A stretch of 64,000 nucleotides of DNA from a virus (lineage: Duplodnaviria; Caudoviricetes): the IMG/VR virus record IMGVR_UViG_3300013121_000020, positions 192,001 to 256,000 of that record. One strand, written 5' to 3'. The notes below the pieces were generated by a model that saw only the letters and a program-made list of their open reading frames with translations, did no database searches and was not told where the DNA came from. The position numbers and the translations under genes are program-made. Positions 50,443-61,823 of this stretch are shown here, in pieces; within the stretch, counting starts at the first letter, position 1, and each line of letters starts with the position of its first letter.

Positions 50443-52434
50443 TTCATTTCTTTTTAAATGCTGAATAGTGGATTTACGTAGTGTTTGTAGCTGGCACAAT
50501 TCTATATGGAACTTACACGCCAACAGAAATATGAGCGGAAGTCGGTTAGTGCTTTGAGGTTTTATGCTGGTCTACGTGGGCTTGGGGTTAGGCCGGTGGA
50601 TGTTGAGGGTTATCTGGGGAAGAGAGTTGGTGTTTATCAACTTACAAAGGTTGAGTTGGTCCAGCTTCATTTGAAGTTGGATGAGGCTGGTTGTGGCCTT
50701 GGAGATAATCTTTCGTAGATGAGGGGTGAGACTATGTCGCATGTTGAGCGGTGTGTTCGTTGTGGGGATGTGGCTGATGATGATGGTGGTGTTATTGATT
50801 TAGTTGATGGTATGTGTGAGTGTTGCCGTGATCATTTGGAATGGGTGGCGGTAGTGGTGTCTGATGATGTGCGTTATGGTGATTTTGATTATTCGTTGAA
50901 TTATTAATTGGAATTTGCGATGGTTTAGGTCCTGTCACAGGTGGGTTGTTCCAAGGCGGAAATCGCGTATAGGTATGATAATGTTCAAGATTGCTATTGC
51001 TTATCATTTCGTGCTCGTGGCGGTTGATCGAAGTGCGGTTGTACAAAGTCTTCGCTGTGAAGATTGATGGCGTGGAAGGGTGGGTTGGGTGTTCGCGTGG
51101 TTTGATTTATGATTACGCTTTGTATTTGCGTAAGGAAGTAGAGATTAACCATGCGTGTGTTTCAGGTGCGTGATGGTGGTGCAGATCGTGTGTCGAATGT
51201 TCGTTATTTTTGGATTGAGGAGTTTCTTGTTGGTGATGGGTGGGATGATAATCGTTTGTTGAGTAATGTGTTGCTTTTGTCTGATGATTATGTTTTTGCT
51301 AGTTTCAATGGTAAGCATTATCGTGTGTGTGAATGTTGTTTGGATGAGGATGATGAAGAGTGTTTTGTGAAGGTTTGGGAGTCTGATCCGTTTGTTGATT
51401 GTCTTCCTGAGAATATGCGGCCATTTCCTGTGTGTTGAGGGTCTGCCACAGTGGGTTGGGTGGAGATAATTGTGGAGGTAGAGTGATGAATATTAGCGTG
51501 CGTGGGAAGTCGTTGGTTGTGCCTCCTCATGAGTGTGAGCCGGTGATTGAGGTTGATGCTTCTGAGGTTGGGGAGCGTTATTCTCTTGGGGTTGGCCATA
51601 TTGATGTTATTGGTAAGGGTGGGTTGGTGTCGCGGTTTTGGATTGATGTGCGTGTGAATCCTTCTACGCATCGGCCTGAGCTTATTGTTAGGACGAAGGT
51701 TGGGTCTGAGTTGCAGGTTCAACGGGAGAAGCGGGTTCAGGGGTCGTTTAATATTACTAAATCTGCAACGTGAGATAAGATATGGTGAGAGTATTTGTAT
51801 CGCGACAGCAGGCTAAGGCGGACCTTCGCTGGCGATTTCGTCATGTCAAGAGGGGGGTTATCGCAGATGTGCATGTAAAAGGTGAGTGGCGGCGATATGG
51901 GTTTATTGATGGTATGGGGTTTTATTATGAATTAGCGCCGCCTGATGGCCAGTTTTGTGCTGTGGGTCCAGTTTAGGAGATTCATGATGACCGCGATGAT
52001 GAGAATTGTTAATGCTGTTCGTTGCAATCTTCCGAACAGTGTTAATCTTCGGGTGAATGATAGCGATGTGCAAACTGTGAATTGGTCGTATCGCGGTCAT
52101 GGTTCTTCTGATAGTCTTCGTATTGTTGATGGGCGTTTTTATGATTTTATGAGAACTGATCGTGGTCCTGCTACAGTTGATAATCTTTTTAAGATTGTCA
52201 AGGAGTGGGTTGCTGCGGTGGATGAGAGTTTTAATGATCCGCCGCCTTCTCGACGGTCTTGTAAGGTTGTTTATGTGCCCGGTGAAATTGCGGACTTGGC
52301 CGATGAGGAGTTGGGGAAGGTTTTGTCGGTGTTGCGTGCTCGCTTTCCTTTGTTGGCTGATGAAATTGATATGGATCGTGCTTGGGGTGTGGATGAAGGG
52401 TGATGTTTACGGGGGTTTGCGGCTTGCCACACGG

Positions 52435-52557
52435 AGAAGGCGTGAGACGGGGGCGTCGGTAGGGGCGATAAAGGGCAGTACCTGGGCCTTACGGAATGCT
52501 AGCGTTTGCGTTTGGCCAGCTAACCTGTGACCCGGTGTCCCTGTTTTCACGCTTTCT
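52435..52557 (+). ncRNA. Structured non-coding RNA (candidate)
   Basis: Starts just after motif promoter 52406; 5' AGAAGGCGTGAGACGGGGGCG pairs over ~21 bp with 3' TGTCCCTGTTTTCACGCTTTCT. Confidence 0.5.
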
Positions 52558-52575
52558 TGTGTGGTGGGGGTGGCG

Positions 52576-52746
52576 ATGATGTTTATGGTGTCGTGGAGCG
52601 TTGGCGGCGTGTGTGGTAATCAGAGTTTTGGGACTCGTGATGAGCGTGAGGGGTTTATTGCTGCCAATTCTTTGGGGTGGTCGTCTTTTTCGCGGTGGTG
52701 GTTTGTTGATGGGGCTGGTGTTTCTGTTCTTCATTCTGATGAGTGA
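52576..52746 (+). CDS. Small hypothetical protein (paralog of 61571..61753)
   Basis: MFMVSWSxxGxCGNQSFxTRxExxxFIA..SRWxF shared. Confidence 0.65.
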   Translation: MMFMVSWSVGGVCGNQSFGTRDEREGFIAANSLGWSSFSRWWFVDGAGVSVLHSDE

Positions 52747-52977
52747 GTTATGCCAGAAGAGACTGATGGCGATGATGTGGTTTACCGTAATGTAAAACAA
52801 TGTTCACGGTGTCAGGGTCGGGTGGATCGGTTTTGCCATAAGTTGCCCGATCATGCGACGAAGTATTTTCTTTGTCGTGATTGTGGGGCTGTTGGTGATC
52901 CGTTTTGTGGGTTGATGCAGGATTGTCGGTATAGAGATTCGTAAATTGGTGTATCGATGGCGATCCCGAAAGGGAGT

Positions 52978-53105
52978 GGGTGTTGGAGCAGGCACGGCGA
53001 CCTGCCAGACGGAGAAGGCCATCCGAGCTTTTTAGCTCGACCGATACGGGGCGACTGTTGCTCTAGGTAATGCGGTGGACCCGGTTCGACTCCGGGCAAC
53101 ACTCA
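52978..53105 (+). ncRNA. Oversized tRNA-like RNA
   Basis: GGGTGTTG/CAACACTC 8-bp acceptor, GCAGG/CCTGC D-like arm, CCCGG-TTCGACT-CCGGG T arm, ~70-nt non-canonical middle. Confidence 0.55.
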
Positions 53106-53110
53106 TGTGG

Positions 53111-53220
53111 GTGTCGTGTCGTGTCGTGTCGTGTCGTGTCGTGTCGTGTCGTGTCGTGTCGTGTCGTGTCGTGTCGTGTCGTGTCGTGTCGTGTCGTGTC
53201 GTGTCGTGTCGTGTCGTGTC
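53111..53220. repeat. Perfect microsatellite (GTGTC)22
   Basis: 22 exact 5-bp units counted. Confidence 0.95.
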
Positions 53221-53251
53221 TCCAGGTCGGAAATACACATACGAGAAATAA

Positions 53252-53854
53252 ATGATGAACAATTTTGTGTTTATGAAAATTGGCGAAGCGTTCGGTACAG
53301 TGCGGAACGACGCGCTTAGCACAGCACTTAATCTCGACTCACGTCTCATTGGCGGTTTCTTGTTCGCATGTATGCAACCATCAGTACAAAAACCAAATAA
53401 AGCTTTGGGTTTAATTCTTGAGTGGCCAGTGGACCTTGACGAACAAAAAGTCGCGCGTTTCCGCGATGACGCAATTAAACATTTATGCCCACCCAAACCA
53501 GTGTCGTTGATCGATCAAATTAATGCGTTGGTTGATGATATTGTAAAACGTAAAAAAGTGCGAACGGTTGGTGCGCACGACGTAAACAAGAAACAATTTG
53601 TGTTTAAAGATGTTCCGTTAACAGCGGAATGGCTGTTGGCTCAATTGTTGGCCAATTGGCGTGTGGTGTCGTTATCATCGTTGCGCAACTTATTTTATAA
53701 TGGATTTAAAGGTTATAAGGATTATACTCGTGCTGAATTGTTGGCGGATATTGGGGAAATTCTTGATAAAAATGGTGTGATGCTGGAATGTCGGCGGTTG
53801 TCTGACTTTTCTGATTTGTTTCATAAATATATTCATGAAACACGCGATTCTTAA
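53252..53854 (+). CDS. Hypothetical protein
   Basis: 200-aa ORF. Confidence 0.6.
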   Translation: MMNNFVFMKIGEAFGTVRNDALSTALNLDSRLIGGFLFACMQPSVQKPNKALGLILEWPVDLDEQKVARFRDDAIKHLCPPKPVSLIDQINALVDDIVKRKKVRTVGAHDVNKKQFVFKDVPLTAEWLLAQLLANWRVVSLSSLRNLFYNGFKGYKDYTRAELLADIGEILDKNGVMLECRRLSDFSDLFHKYIHETRDS

Positions 53855-54001
53855 TCTTAAATCTTTAATAAACGTTGGCGGACATTCCTTAGGATGGGGA
53901 GTGTCCGTCAACGTTTATTTGGCGGATTTTGCGGCGGGTTAACGGGGGTTCGAATCCTGCCACAGGGGATTGGGTCGGAGGTACAATCCACAAAATGGGA
54001 G

Positions 54002-54259
54002 ATGATCATGGTAAAGGGTGACATTCGTAGTGAGTTGCCGGTCGCTGTCAAGGGTGGCACGGCGAGCAAGCCGGTGTGGAGCATCGGCGGTGAGCAGTAC
54101 AAGTTCGTCAAGGCTGTGAATGCAAAGGGCCTTGATGCTGAGAACGGCAAGATCCGTTTGGGCAAACGGATCTTTGCGAAGTACGAGGTTAACACGAAGT
54201 CCCCGACTGTGCCTGGGGGGAAGCTGTGGTTCGTGGGCGTCTTCGCACCCGCGAAGTGA
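54002..54259 (+). CDS. Small basic protein
   Basis: GGAG RBS; motif promoter at 53939; followed by a terminator. Confidence 0.6.
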   Translation: MIMVKGDIRSELPVAVKGGTASKPVWSIGGEQYKFVKAVNAKGLDAENGKIRLGKRIFAKYEVNTKSPTVPGGKLWFVGVFAPAK

Positions 54260-54267
54260 AATATGTG

Positions 54268-54297
54268 GGGACGGGGGACACTCCCCCGTCCCATTTT
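54268..54297 (+). terminator. Intrinsic terminator
   Basis: GGGACGGGGGA-CAC-TCCCCCGTCCC followed by ATTTTGATTT. Confidence 0.75.
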
Positions 54298-54506
54298 GAT
54301 TTATATGAACATTTTTAGGGGGATAACGTGTCACATCACGTTGTAGCGCCAACGATGTCTGGTTCAATTTCCATTATGAAGAGTGGTACTCGTTCTGAGT
54401 GCTTAACGTACATTAGAAAACGAGCGCGTGCCAATCTTCCTACGCATTTTTGTTATGTTATTGGCTCTAGCCAACGAGCGTGGGAGATGTTCAAGAAGAG
54501 ATTGAA

Positions 54507-54746
54507 ATGAACAATCACAATGTCGCTATTTTCGTAAATCACAATGTCAACGTTCTGTGTGTGTTGCCGCTGTGCAGCGTTTGCCGCCGTCGCGTGGCGG
54601 TTAAACGAGAGAATGAACCGATTGCGTGGTGTGAACGTTGCACCAGTGTTATTGGCACCATTCGCAATAAAACACGGTCGCGACGTAATGCTGTATGTCC
54701 GTGTGGTAGTGGGCGTAAGTTCAAACGATGTTGCAAGGTGGTGTGA
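54507..54746 (+). CDS. Zn-finger protein with a SEC-C motif
   Basis: CSVC..CERC; RNAVCPCGSGRKFKRCC. Confidence 0.7.
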   Translation: MNNHNVAIFVNHNVNVLCVLPLCSVCRRRVAVKRENEPIAWCERCTSVIGTIRNKTRSRRNAVCPCGSGRKFKRCCKVV

Positions 54747-55415
54747 TGACACCATTTTGTTACGATTGTGATCAACGCGGGTTTCAGAAACTTGCGTATC
54801 AGCAATTGTGTGGGCGTTGGCTTTGTCACCTTTGCTTAGAGCGGTGGGTGAATGTTGGAGCCAGTGTCCTATTAGTAATTCAGAACGCTTTGTGTAGGTG
54901 AATATGACACTTGCAGAAAAATTGAATGTCTCAGGGATTTATCCAGATTTTATGCTTCGCACACAAGATCGTGCTGTCGAACTTGCAGAATATGGCATCA
55001 ATGAGCTTGGTTGCTATGCTCAATATCCTTTGGAAGATGCTAAGATTTATGTTCGCAGTGTGGATGGACAAACAGCCCATTGGAGTGGGCTGTGGGTGAG
55101 AGGAGGAGATGATACGTGAGAGTGAAAATTTACTGGCATCACAATGGTGACGCCACTGAATCCGTCGCACTCACAAGCGAGGAACTTTCGAAGGAGGGCG
55201 CGGAAACAATGCTAAATCGTCTAAGCGATATTCTTGGCGTACAAATGACCGGTGGTCATTTAGAGCAACATGTCCCAGGAGTTGGCTGGGTGCATGCTGA
55301 CGATGTCGAGAGTGTGCAAATTCTTGCACGCATGCGTGAGCATTGACGGCGGGTTGAATCCTGCCACATGTGATCTGGGAGATGGATACTGGCAAAAGTC
55401 ATTAAGAAGGGGGAT

Positions 55416-55799
55416 ATGATGTCATTCGCTGCGAAACTGGCTGATGCTTTGGATGAACAATTGTCGACGACTGTCGATACCATCATCAAGGCGTCTGATT
55501 TTACAGCACGCATTGAAAGCGTGATTGAAGAAGTCATCGACAATTACGACTTTGATGCCGCCATTGATGCGGCAGTGGACAAATACGATTTTGAAAAGCA
55601 GGTTGAAAAGCTCGATGTGTCGGAAAGTGTGCAAGAGGAGGTTGACGCCTACTTGCAGGAACTGAATATTGAACATCGAGTTGAAAAGCAGGTGGATGAG
55701 ATGGTGGAGGCGAAAGTGAAAGAAGCATTTGTCAAAATGCTTCGTGATCCGGATGTGTTGGAGGCGTTGGCAACTGCGTTGTTTACGCGGTCGGAATGA
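55416..55799 (+). CDS. Acidic helical hypothetical protein
   Basis: RBS, motif promoter at 55343. Confidence 0.65.
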   Translation: MMSFAAKLADALDEQLSTTVDTIIKASDFTARIESVIEEVIDNYDFDAAIDAAVDKYDFEKQVEKLDVSESVQEEVDAYLQELNIEHRVEKQVDEMVEAKVKEAFVKMLRDPDVLEALATALFTRSE

Positions 55800-55805
55800 T
55801 TATGA

Positions 55806-55841
55806 ATGTGGTGGTGAGGAGATTATTCCTCACCACCACAT
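55806..55841 (+). terminator. Hairpin
   Basis: ATGTGGTGGTGAGGA-N6-TCCTCACCACCACAT, 15-bp IR. Confidence 0.65.
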
Positions 55842-56887
55842 GCGGCGGCATTGCTTGACGCTGTTAATCTTCAGCATATGCCTGAAGACGTACCGGAACA
55901 GGAAACAGCAAAAACGTTCACCATTACGTCAAACCGCGAATCTATTTTTGAATGTGGAGCGTTTGATGAATATCAAGTACGGTGTTATTACCAAAATTGA
56001 TGGTCCGAATGTGGCATCCATGCCAATTGGGGAGACCAATGATGGAAAGTTGACCGCCGTTTTAGAGAAGGCGGTTGGGTCCAGCATTTTGTGGATTGAA
56101 TATCCGGTGTTTACGGTTGGTGAAATTCTCATTGTTGATGATGATACTGATCGTGAAATTGGCTATCCTGGTCGCGCACCACATAAATGGAGCGGGGTGG
56201 TGTGTCAATATTTTGATGATGTTCAAGCGGCAGTTGCATGTTCCTTGGAAGTTCGTGAAGCTGTGGGTTAACATGGGTTGAGGCTATGCCACATCCAATT
56301 CTCATCCCACTAGATAGGAGCGTGACTGTGCTGAATATCACCAAGGACAAGATTTTCAATTTTCTTTACTGTGGCGACTGTGTGCAGATCGACAACTACG
56401 CCGAGTATCTCAACGAAGTAGACCAGGGTGATCCGAAGTTGACAGAGGGCGAATTTAACGCACTCAAGATATGCGACCTTAAGAATGTTTTTGTCGGTCC
56501 ATCCAGGTCGTTCTGGCTCAGTGGTGACGACATCGCTGGTATTGTCCAAGACACCTTGGTCGCGATGAAAGATGGTTACACCGTTGAAACGTGGTGCGGT
56601 CTTGCGGGTGAGGTCATGGTTTTTGGGTATAAACCTAACCAACTTATTCCTGTCGAGCCGCTAGTTAACGTGGGTTGAGGCTGTGCCACAGGGGTGTAGG
56701 AGGATAGAGAAATGGTGATTGATTTTTCGCGAGCGTGGCGATATCGTGGGAAACGTCAGGCTGCGCGTCATCGGAAATTTCTGAAGCGTCAGGCAGCGCG
56801 TTTGAATCGTCGTGCTGCGAAGCGTGATCCTGAGTGCGGGATTGTGTGGAAACTTTCGAGCAGCGATGTTATTTAGGGGGGTGAGAG

Positions 56888-57211
56888 ATGAATGCACGAT
56901 TTTGGCATTATCACAATGGTGACTGTGTCAAGCTGACGATGCGGAAGGGTGATGTCATCGAATTTAATGATGGTGGCCCTACGGATGAGGGTTATCATTA
57001 TACGCACACGCAGTATGAGTTTGATGGTGAGGTGGTGCGTAAAAGTTGTGCATCGCAATCGTTAGATTGTGATGGGCGTTTGGATCAACACGCTGAATAT
57101 GTGTGCCCGCTGGAAGATTTGCGGGTTGGGAATGGTTCTGATCTGTTTCCGGTGTGGCAGCGTGTGCGTGCTGGTCAGCGTGATTATGCTGCGGAAGCGA
57201 TGGGATATTAA
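56888..57211 (+). CDS. Hypothetical phage protein
   Basis: MNARFW..VKLT..GGPTDEG..DCDGRL..QRDYAAEAMGY. Confidence 0.65.
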   Translation: MNARFWHYHNGDCVKLTMRKGDVIEFNDGGPTDEGYHYTHTQYEFDGEVVRKSCASQSLDCDGRLDQHAEYVCPLEDLRVGNGSDLFPVWQRVRAGQRDYAAEAMGY

Positions 57212-59660
57212 CCGCTTTTGGTGTGGTGCCACAGAGTGGGCAACAGTAACAGGCTGCGGCTGGGAGCGTCACAACCTCCGTTAACTGTCGTAGTGCTGGG
57301 CCGGACACCCCCTGGTTGTGCAGGGTCGGTAAAGCAGGTGGCTGGTTTAATGGTGATGGTTGGGCTTGACCAATAGTCGGTTTCAACACCGAACAACTGT
57401 CACCATAAATTTTTCATTTTCATGAGGTAAAACGATGAAGTGGAACGATCTTCTTCTGGCGATCTTGGATATGTCTCCAGAGCAACGACAGTCGCTGGTA
57501 CGATTGTTCAATTATAAGGACAATTGTTTCAATGATGTGGAGCTATGTTTTGATGGCGTGCCAGATGTCCATCTAGTCACTGAATGTTCGATTGAGACTC
57601 CAGTGTCGTGAGAAACAATCATGCAAGTACAAGTTACGCAAACGTTCGTGTTCGTGACGACTATTGAGGTCCCAGATGAGATTGCGATGGATAAGCGTAA
57701 ATTGCGGGACTACTGGTACAAGAATCCTGTTGAGTTAAAGTCTTTGGACGAACTTGACTGGCTTGGGACTGATTTTGCTGATCCTGAGACCGATGATGAA
57801 TTAGGTGATGTCTAGTACAAAAGCGGAGTGTTCTCGACGGTTTTGAGAGACGGCCTTATAAGCCGTTCCACATGGTTCAACTCCATGACTCCGCATTTAA
57901 TGGAGGGTCTATGATTCAGCATTTGACGTTTGAAACTGGTGGTTTTGTGCTGCACAAAATCATTATTAACGGTCAGAAATATTCCGCGTGGTTTGATGTG
58001 AATGGGAAAATCTTAGCAGCGGAACGCATCGCCACAAACGGCACAGTTATGACAGTGCCATCGTATCATCGCCATGTTCTAGAAGAAATTCATAAGATTG
58101 GCCAGCGGTATGTCTGGAATGGGAACCATGGTTCATAAAATATCTGAAGCACGGTTTAATGATCTTGTCTATATGACGTTGAAAGAATTTTTCTTTCAAC
58201 CTTCTATGAGTGGATCACCGCGTGAATGCGACATAATTATTTGTATGGATCTGATATGTCAAACGTCAGATAATCCATATGAAAAGTCTCGAAGGTCACA
58301 CACTGTCTTTTATGATGTTGACACTGACAAATGCTTTGATGAGTGTCTTGATTATGTGGAAGGACATTGGATAAAACAGTCAATTGATGAGTTTTATGGC
58401 AAGCCAGTGCGTGCTGAAATGAAAAAGTGGTATGATGAGAATTTGGTTCCGGCAATTCTTAGCGTTCCCGAAGAGTTGTGTGGTGCTTGATTTCCAGGGT
58501 GGAAATCGCGTGTGCGCAGAGTGAGATAAAGATAGATGTAGTGATTACGCCATTGGGGGAACGCGATGAGTTTTACACAGCGATTAGATAGGGTTTTGCT
58601 TGAGCTTGATGATAGTTTGCTGTTGGCATCTGCTCGTGGTTTGCTTAGTGATGATGAGACAATCAATTTCAATTTTGAGATGTTGGTACCAATTGTTGAC
58701 CATGCGTATGAGTATGGGCTTGAGAAGTGTGGTGATTGTTTTTCGGCGGCGTTGGAACTTACACGTTTTTATGCATCATTGCCGCCAGAAGCAAAACAAT
58801 TTCATCCTCGCGATGGATTTAACAATGAGATCATTAATCTTGCGAGATCTTTCATATATAAACGTGTTACGTTTGTGAACGATTTTTATAGGGAGGCGGT
58901 TATTGAATTGAAGAATAATGGTGTTAATTTTGATCGTGGTCGTTTCATACCATATGTTATTTATGGTGGTTATGATTTTAAGATGGGCATGCGGAATGTG
59001 TTGTGTAGCCCATCAAAGCGTGGTAGGTTTATTGTGGTTGCTGATGTTCCTGCTATTGTGCTATTGGCATTGATTTTAATTTTTGTGGAACGGAAGATTA
59101 ATCTTTTGCCTGTAATATGAGCAGATTTGCTGGTGTTGCGCTGCTGCCACAGTGTGGTGGGCGAGTGGTGGTTTGTGGGGGATAGAAATGACTGATTACG
59201 AGCTTGAACGTTTGGAGTGTCTTGCAACACCCGCCACAACTGTGGAGATGGCTGATCGTGAAGTGGCGCGTTACATGGGTGCTGAAGATCCTGAGCGTCC
59301 GTGGATTTTGACAGATCGTGATGTGTGGTATCCCAATCCTTTCTATGTGGGACCACCGGTTCCGCATTCGGAGGATGATTACTATGAGTAAGTCTGGAGT
59401 CGTTCGACAGGTTATGGCGGCTGGTGATCCGCCGATTGTTGGAGAGGTGCCGTTTTCTGATCGGCGTGAGATTGAAATTCGTGGACGGTTATACCAACAG
59501 GTTGAGATTAACTATCTTGGTGGTCGTCAGTTTATTAATGTGGAGCCTCGCGATATTGTGTGGGACCCACATGATTGTCTTTGATGTGTCGGGGGTCGCG
59601 TCCTTCCCTAAATTGGGGTTCTGCAATGGCGTTAGCCGGACCTTGCGGGTAATTGGATGG

Positions 59661-59728
59661 ACGGGGGTAGCTCAAACGAGCAGTTGTGAAACACCAACAG
59701 GATGTGGGTTAAAATCCCACCCTCCGTT
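59661..59728 (+). tRNA. Degenerate tRNA-like element (no valid anticodon loop)
   Basis: ACGGGGG/CCTCCGT acceptor, TA-GCTC-AAAC-GAGC, GTTG/CAAC arm, GTGGG-TTAAAAT-CCCAC. Confidence 0.5.
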
Positions 59729-59752
59729 AAGTTGACCTATTTAACCGGCGAT

Positions 59753-59782
59753 GGTGGGGACGGCGGTACCGCCGTTCCCACC
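59753..59782. terminator. GC-rich near-perfect palindrome
   Basis: GGTGGGGACGGCGGTACCGCCGTTCCCACC, directly before motif promoter 59788. Confidence 0.6.
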
Positions 59783-61570
59783 CCCTCTTTACTACACTTC
59801 TTCTTATGCCACAATCGTATGTGGTGACACCTACCACGCTGAGTGGGCGACAGCGAAGTGGTGCGGCAGTCGGGAGAGACCGGCATTCTCAGGAGCAAAA
59901 TCGATGGTACTTGCAGCAAAGCGTGTGGTATTCAACGCGGAATTACGTGAAGTCTTTGGTGAAATTGTGCGTGTCGCCACCCGCGAAGATAAGATACAAT
60001 GCAACATCGATCCAGAAATTGACCATGTTGTGGTTGATTTCAGCCATGATGGTGTTCAATATCGTGGATTGTGGCGGCAGGATGAGTGTATGTTGATTTC
60101 ATAAATGAGGGGTGCAATATGTCTGATGAAAAGAATAAAGAAAAGGCAATCAAGAAAGTGTTGGCACATCAATCATTTCCGCAGAGACCATCAAAGATTG
60201 TGGCGATAAAGGTGTTTGGAAATGCGTTTCGGGTTAACGTGTATGCTGAAGAGCATTCAGAATCGGCAATTCGTTCGCACAAAATGATTTTTTCTGATCT
60301 GGTGCGTGTTGACGCAAGTTAACGGCTGGTTCTTACTAGCCACAATTGTGTACTCAAAAGTCATCCCCCAGGGAGAGGGTCGGCTGGTAGCGGCCCTCTC
60401 CCGCCCCTTTATAAGAAGGTATTATGGTTGCGTTCAATAATCGTCTTCAAGCGATTGTGCATGCTAAGCAACTGAATGACCTTATTGCTGTTGCTGATGC
60501 CTCTGACAGGCATGATTGTGCTGGAGATATTTGGGCTGGACCATATGAGTGTGGTGTGTTAGCCGGGTTGAAGTTGGCTGAGATGGTGCGTTCTCTTGGG
60601 TCTGGTGTGGCTATCTATCAATTTACGCATTTGTTTGGGGCTGTCACATTGTGGTTTGTTGGGACTGAATGTGATGTGGAGATGCGGATCTCAAGGTGTG
60701 CTAATGTGGTGGTTTAACTTGAATATTGTCGTGGCGATTCCTCTGCGACCTTGAGTTTGTGGAACGGTCACGCTCTCGCACCTGTAATATTGGAGTATCA
60801 ATAGTGGATAACGCCAAGGCCAAGGTTGTTTACTTCGTACCAGATAGTGTTGCTTGCGAGGTTCATGAGCGGGAGATTGATTTGTGCCGAATCGATGGAC
60901 TGCCGCTTGGTCAGCAGGTTGCTATTGTTGATGCTTTTGATTTGTTTAATATCGATGGCGAAGACATGTTTAAGGAAACTTCCTATCGTTCGGAGTTCTA
61001 CGACGAGCATGATGGGACCGGGTGTTTGAAAGTCGAAATTGACGCTCGTGGTCACTGGTATGGGATTGTCGTTAATCTCCAGAATCCTGAAATAGCCCGC
61101 AAAAAAGCCGAAGAGATGTTGGGTGAATGGTGTGGGAACGACGAAGAGGAATAAGTAGACTTTCGGGGTGGTGTTTACGGCGAGTTGAGGTCTGCCACAT
61201 CTTGTGGTGACGGGATAATCATGAGGGTCACAAGAATGAGCTTCATCACCGAAAAACGTGACGACAATCGCCAATGGGTCAAGCTTTCAACTCATAACAG
61301 TCGGGCCGATGCCCTGGCTGTGCTGCCGTTTGGGACTCTTCGCCGGACTGGGGACACATCGGAGTTGGTGACGGAAGATGGCGTCGAATACCGGGTTCGC
61401 CGGGTCACGAAAAAGAAGCGTATCAACGTCCGTGAGTTGATGGCGGGCGTGGGGTTGAAGCGGGTTCGGGGTACAGCTGGTGGGATCTACTACGAATGAA
61501 ATGATCAAGAAGCTTTTTTGATTAGTGGTGGATACCTTCCGAGCGTTAAACATTCAAATAAGCTGGTGGT

Positions 61571-61753
61571 GTGAACATGTTCATGGTTTCTTGGAGTAGG
61601 ATGTATGGTGCCTGTGGTAACCAGAGCTTTACCACACGCGCTGAAATGGATGAGTTTATCGCCAAAGAGCATCGTAATTGGCGGACATATTCACGGTGGT
61701 TGTTTACACCTGATTCAAGCGGTGTGTCGCAACTCTACCCAATTCTTGATTGA
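61571..61753 (+). CDS. Small hypothetical protein (paralog of 52576..52746)
   Basis: Shared MFMVSWS..CGNQSF. Confidence 0.65.
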   Translation: MNMFMVSWSRMYGACGNQSFTTRAEMDEFIAKEHRNWRTYSRWLFTPDSSGVSQLYPILD

Positions 61754-61823
61754 TGCTGGGTAGAGGTGATTTACGGTGGGTTGAAGTCCGCCACAGTCTC
61801 CTGTCACTTGATAGGAGAAAGTC

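Noticed and set aside
53055-53075. Amber suppressor tRNA (CTA) and TAG recoding
   Set aside because: The stem around CTCTAGG is weak and misplaced; long genes are intact in the standard code and TAG ends well-defined genes (e.g. 9384, 15878, 23982)
53032-53496. ORFs translating the microsatellite (RHDTT / VVSCR repeats)
   Set aside because: Artefacts of the (GTGTC)22 tract; no RBS or flanking coding signal
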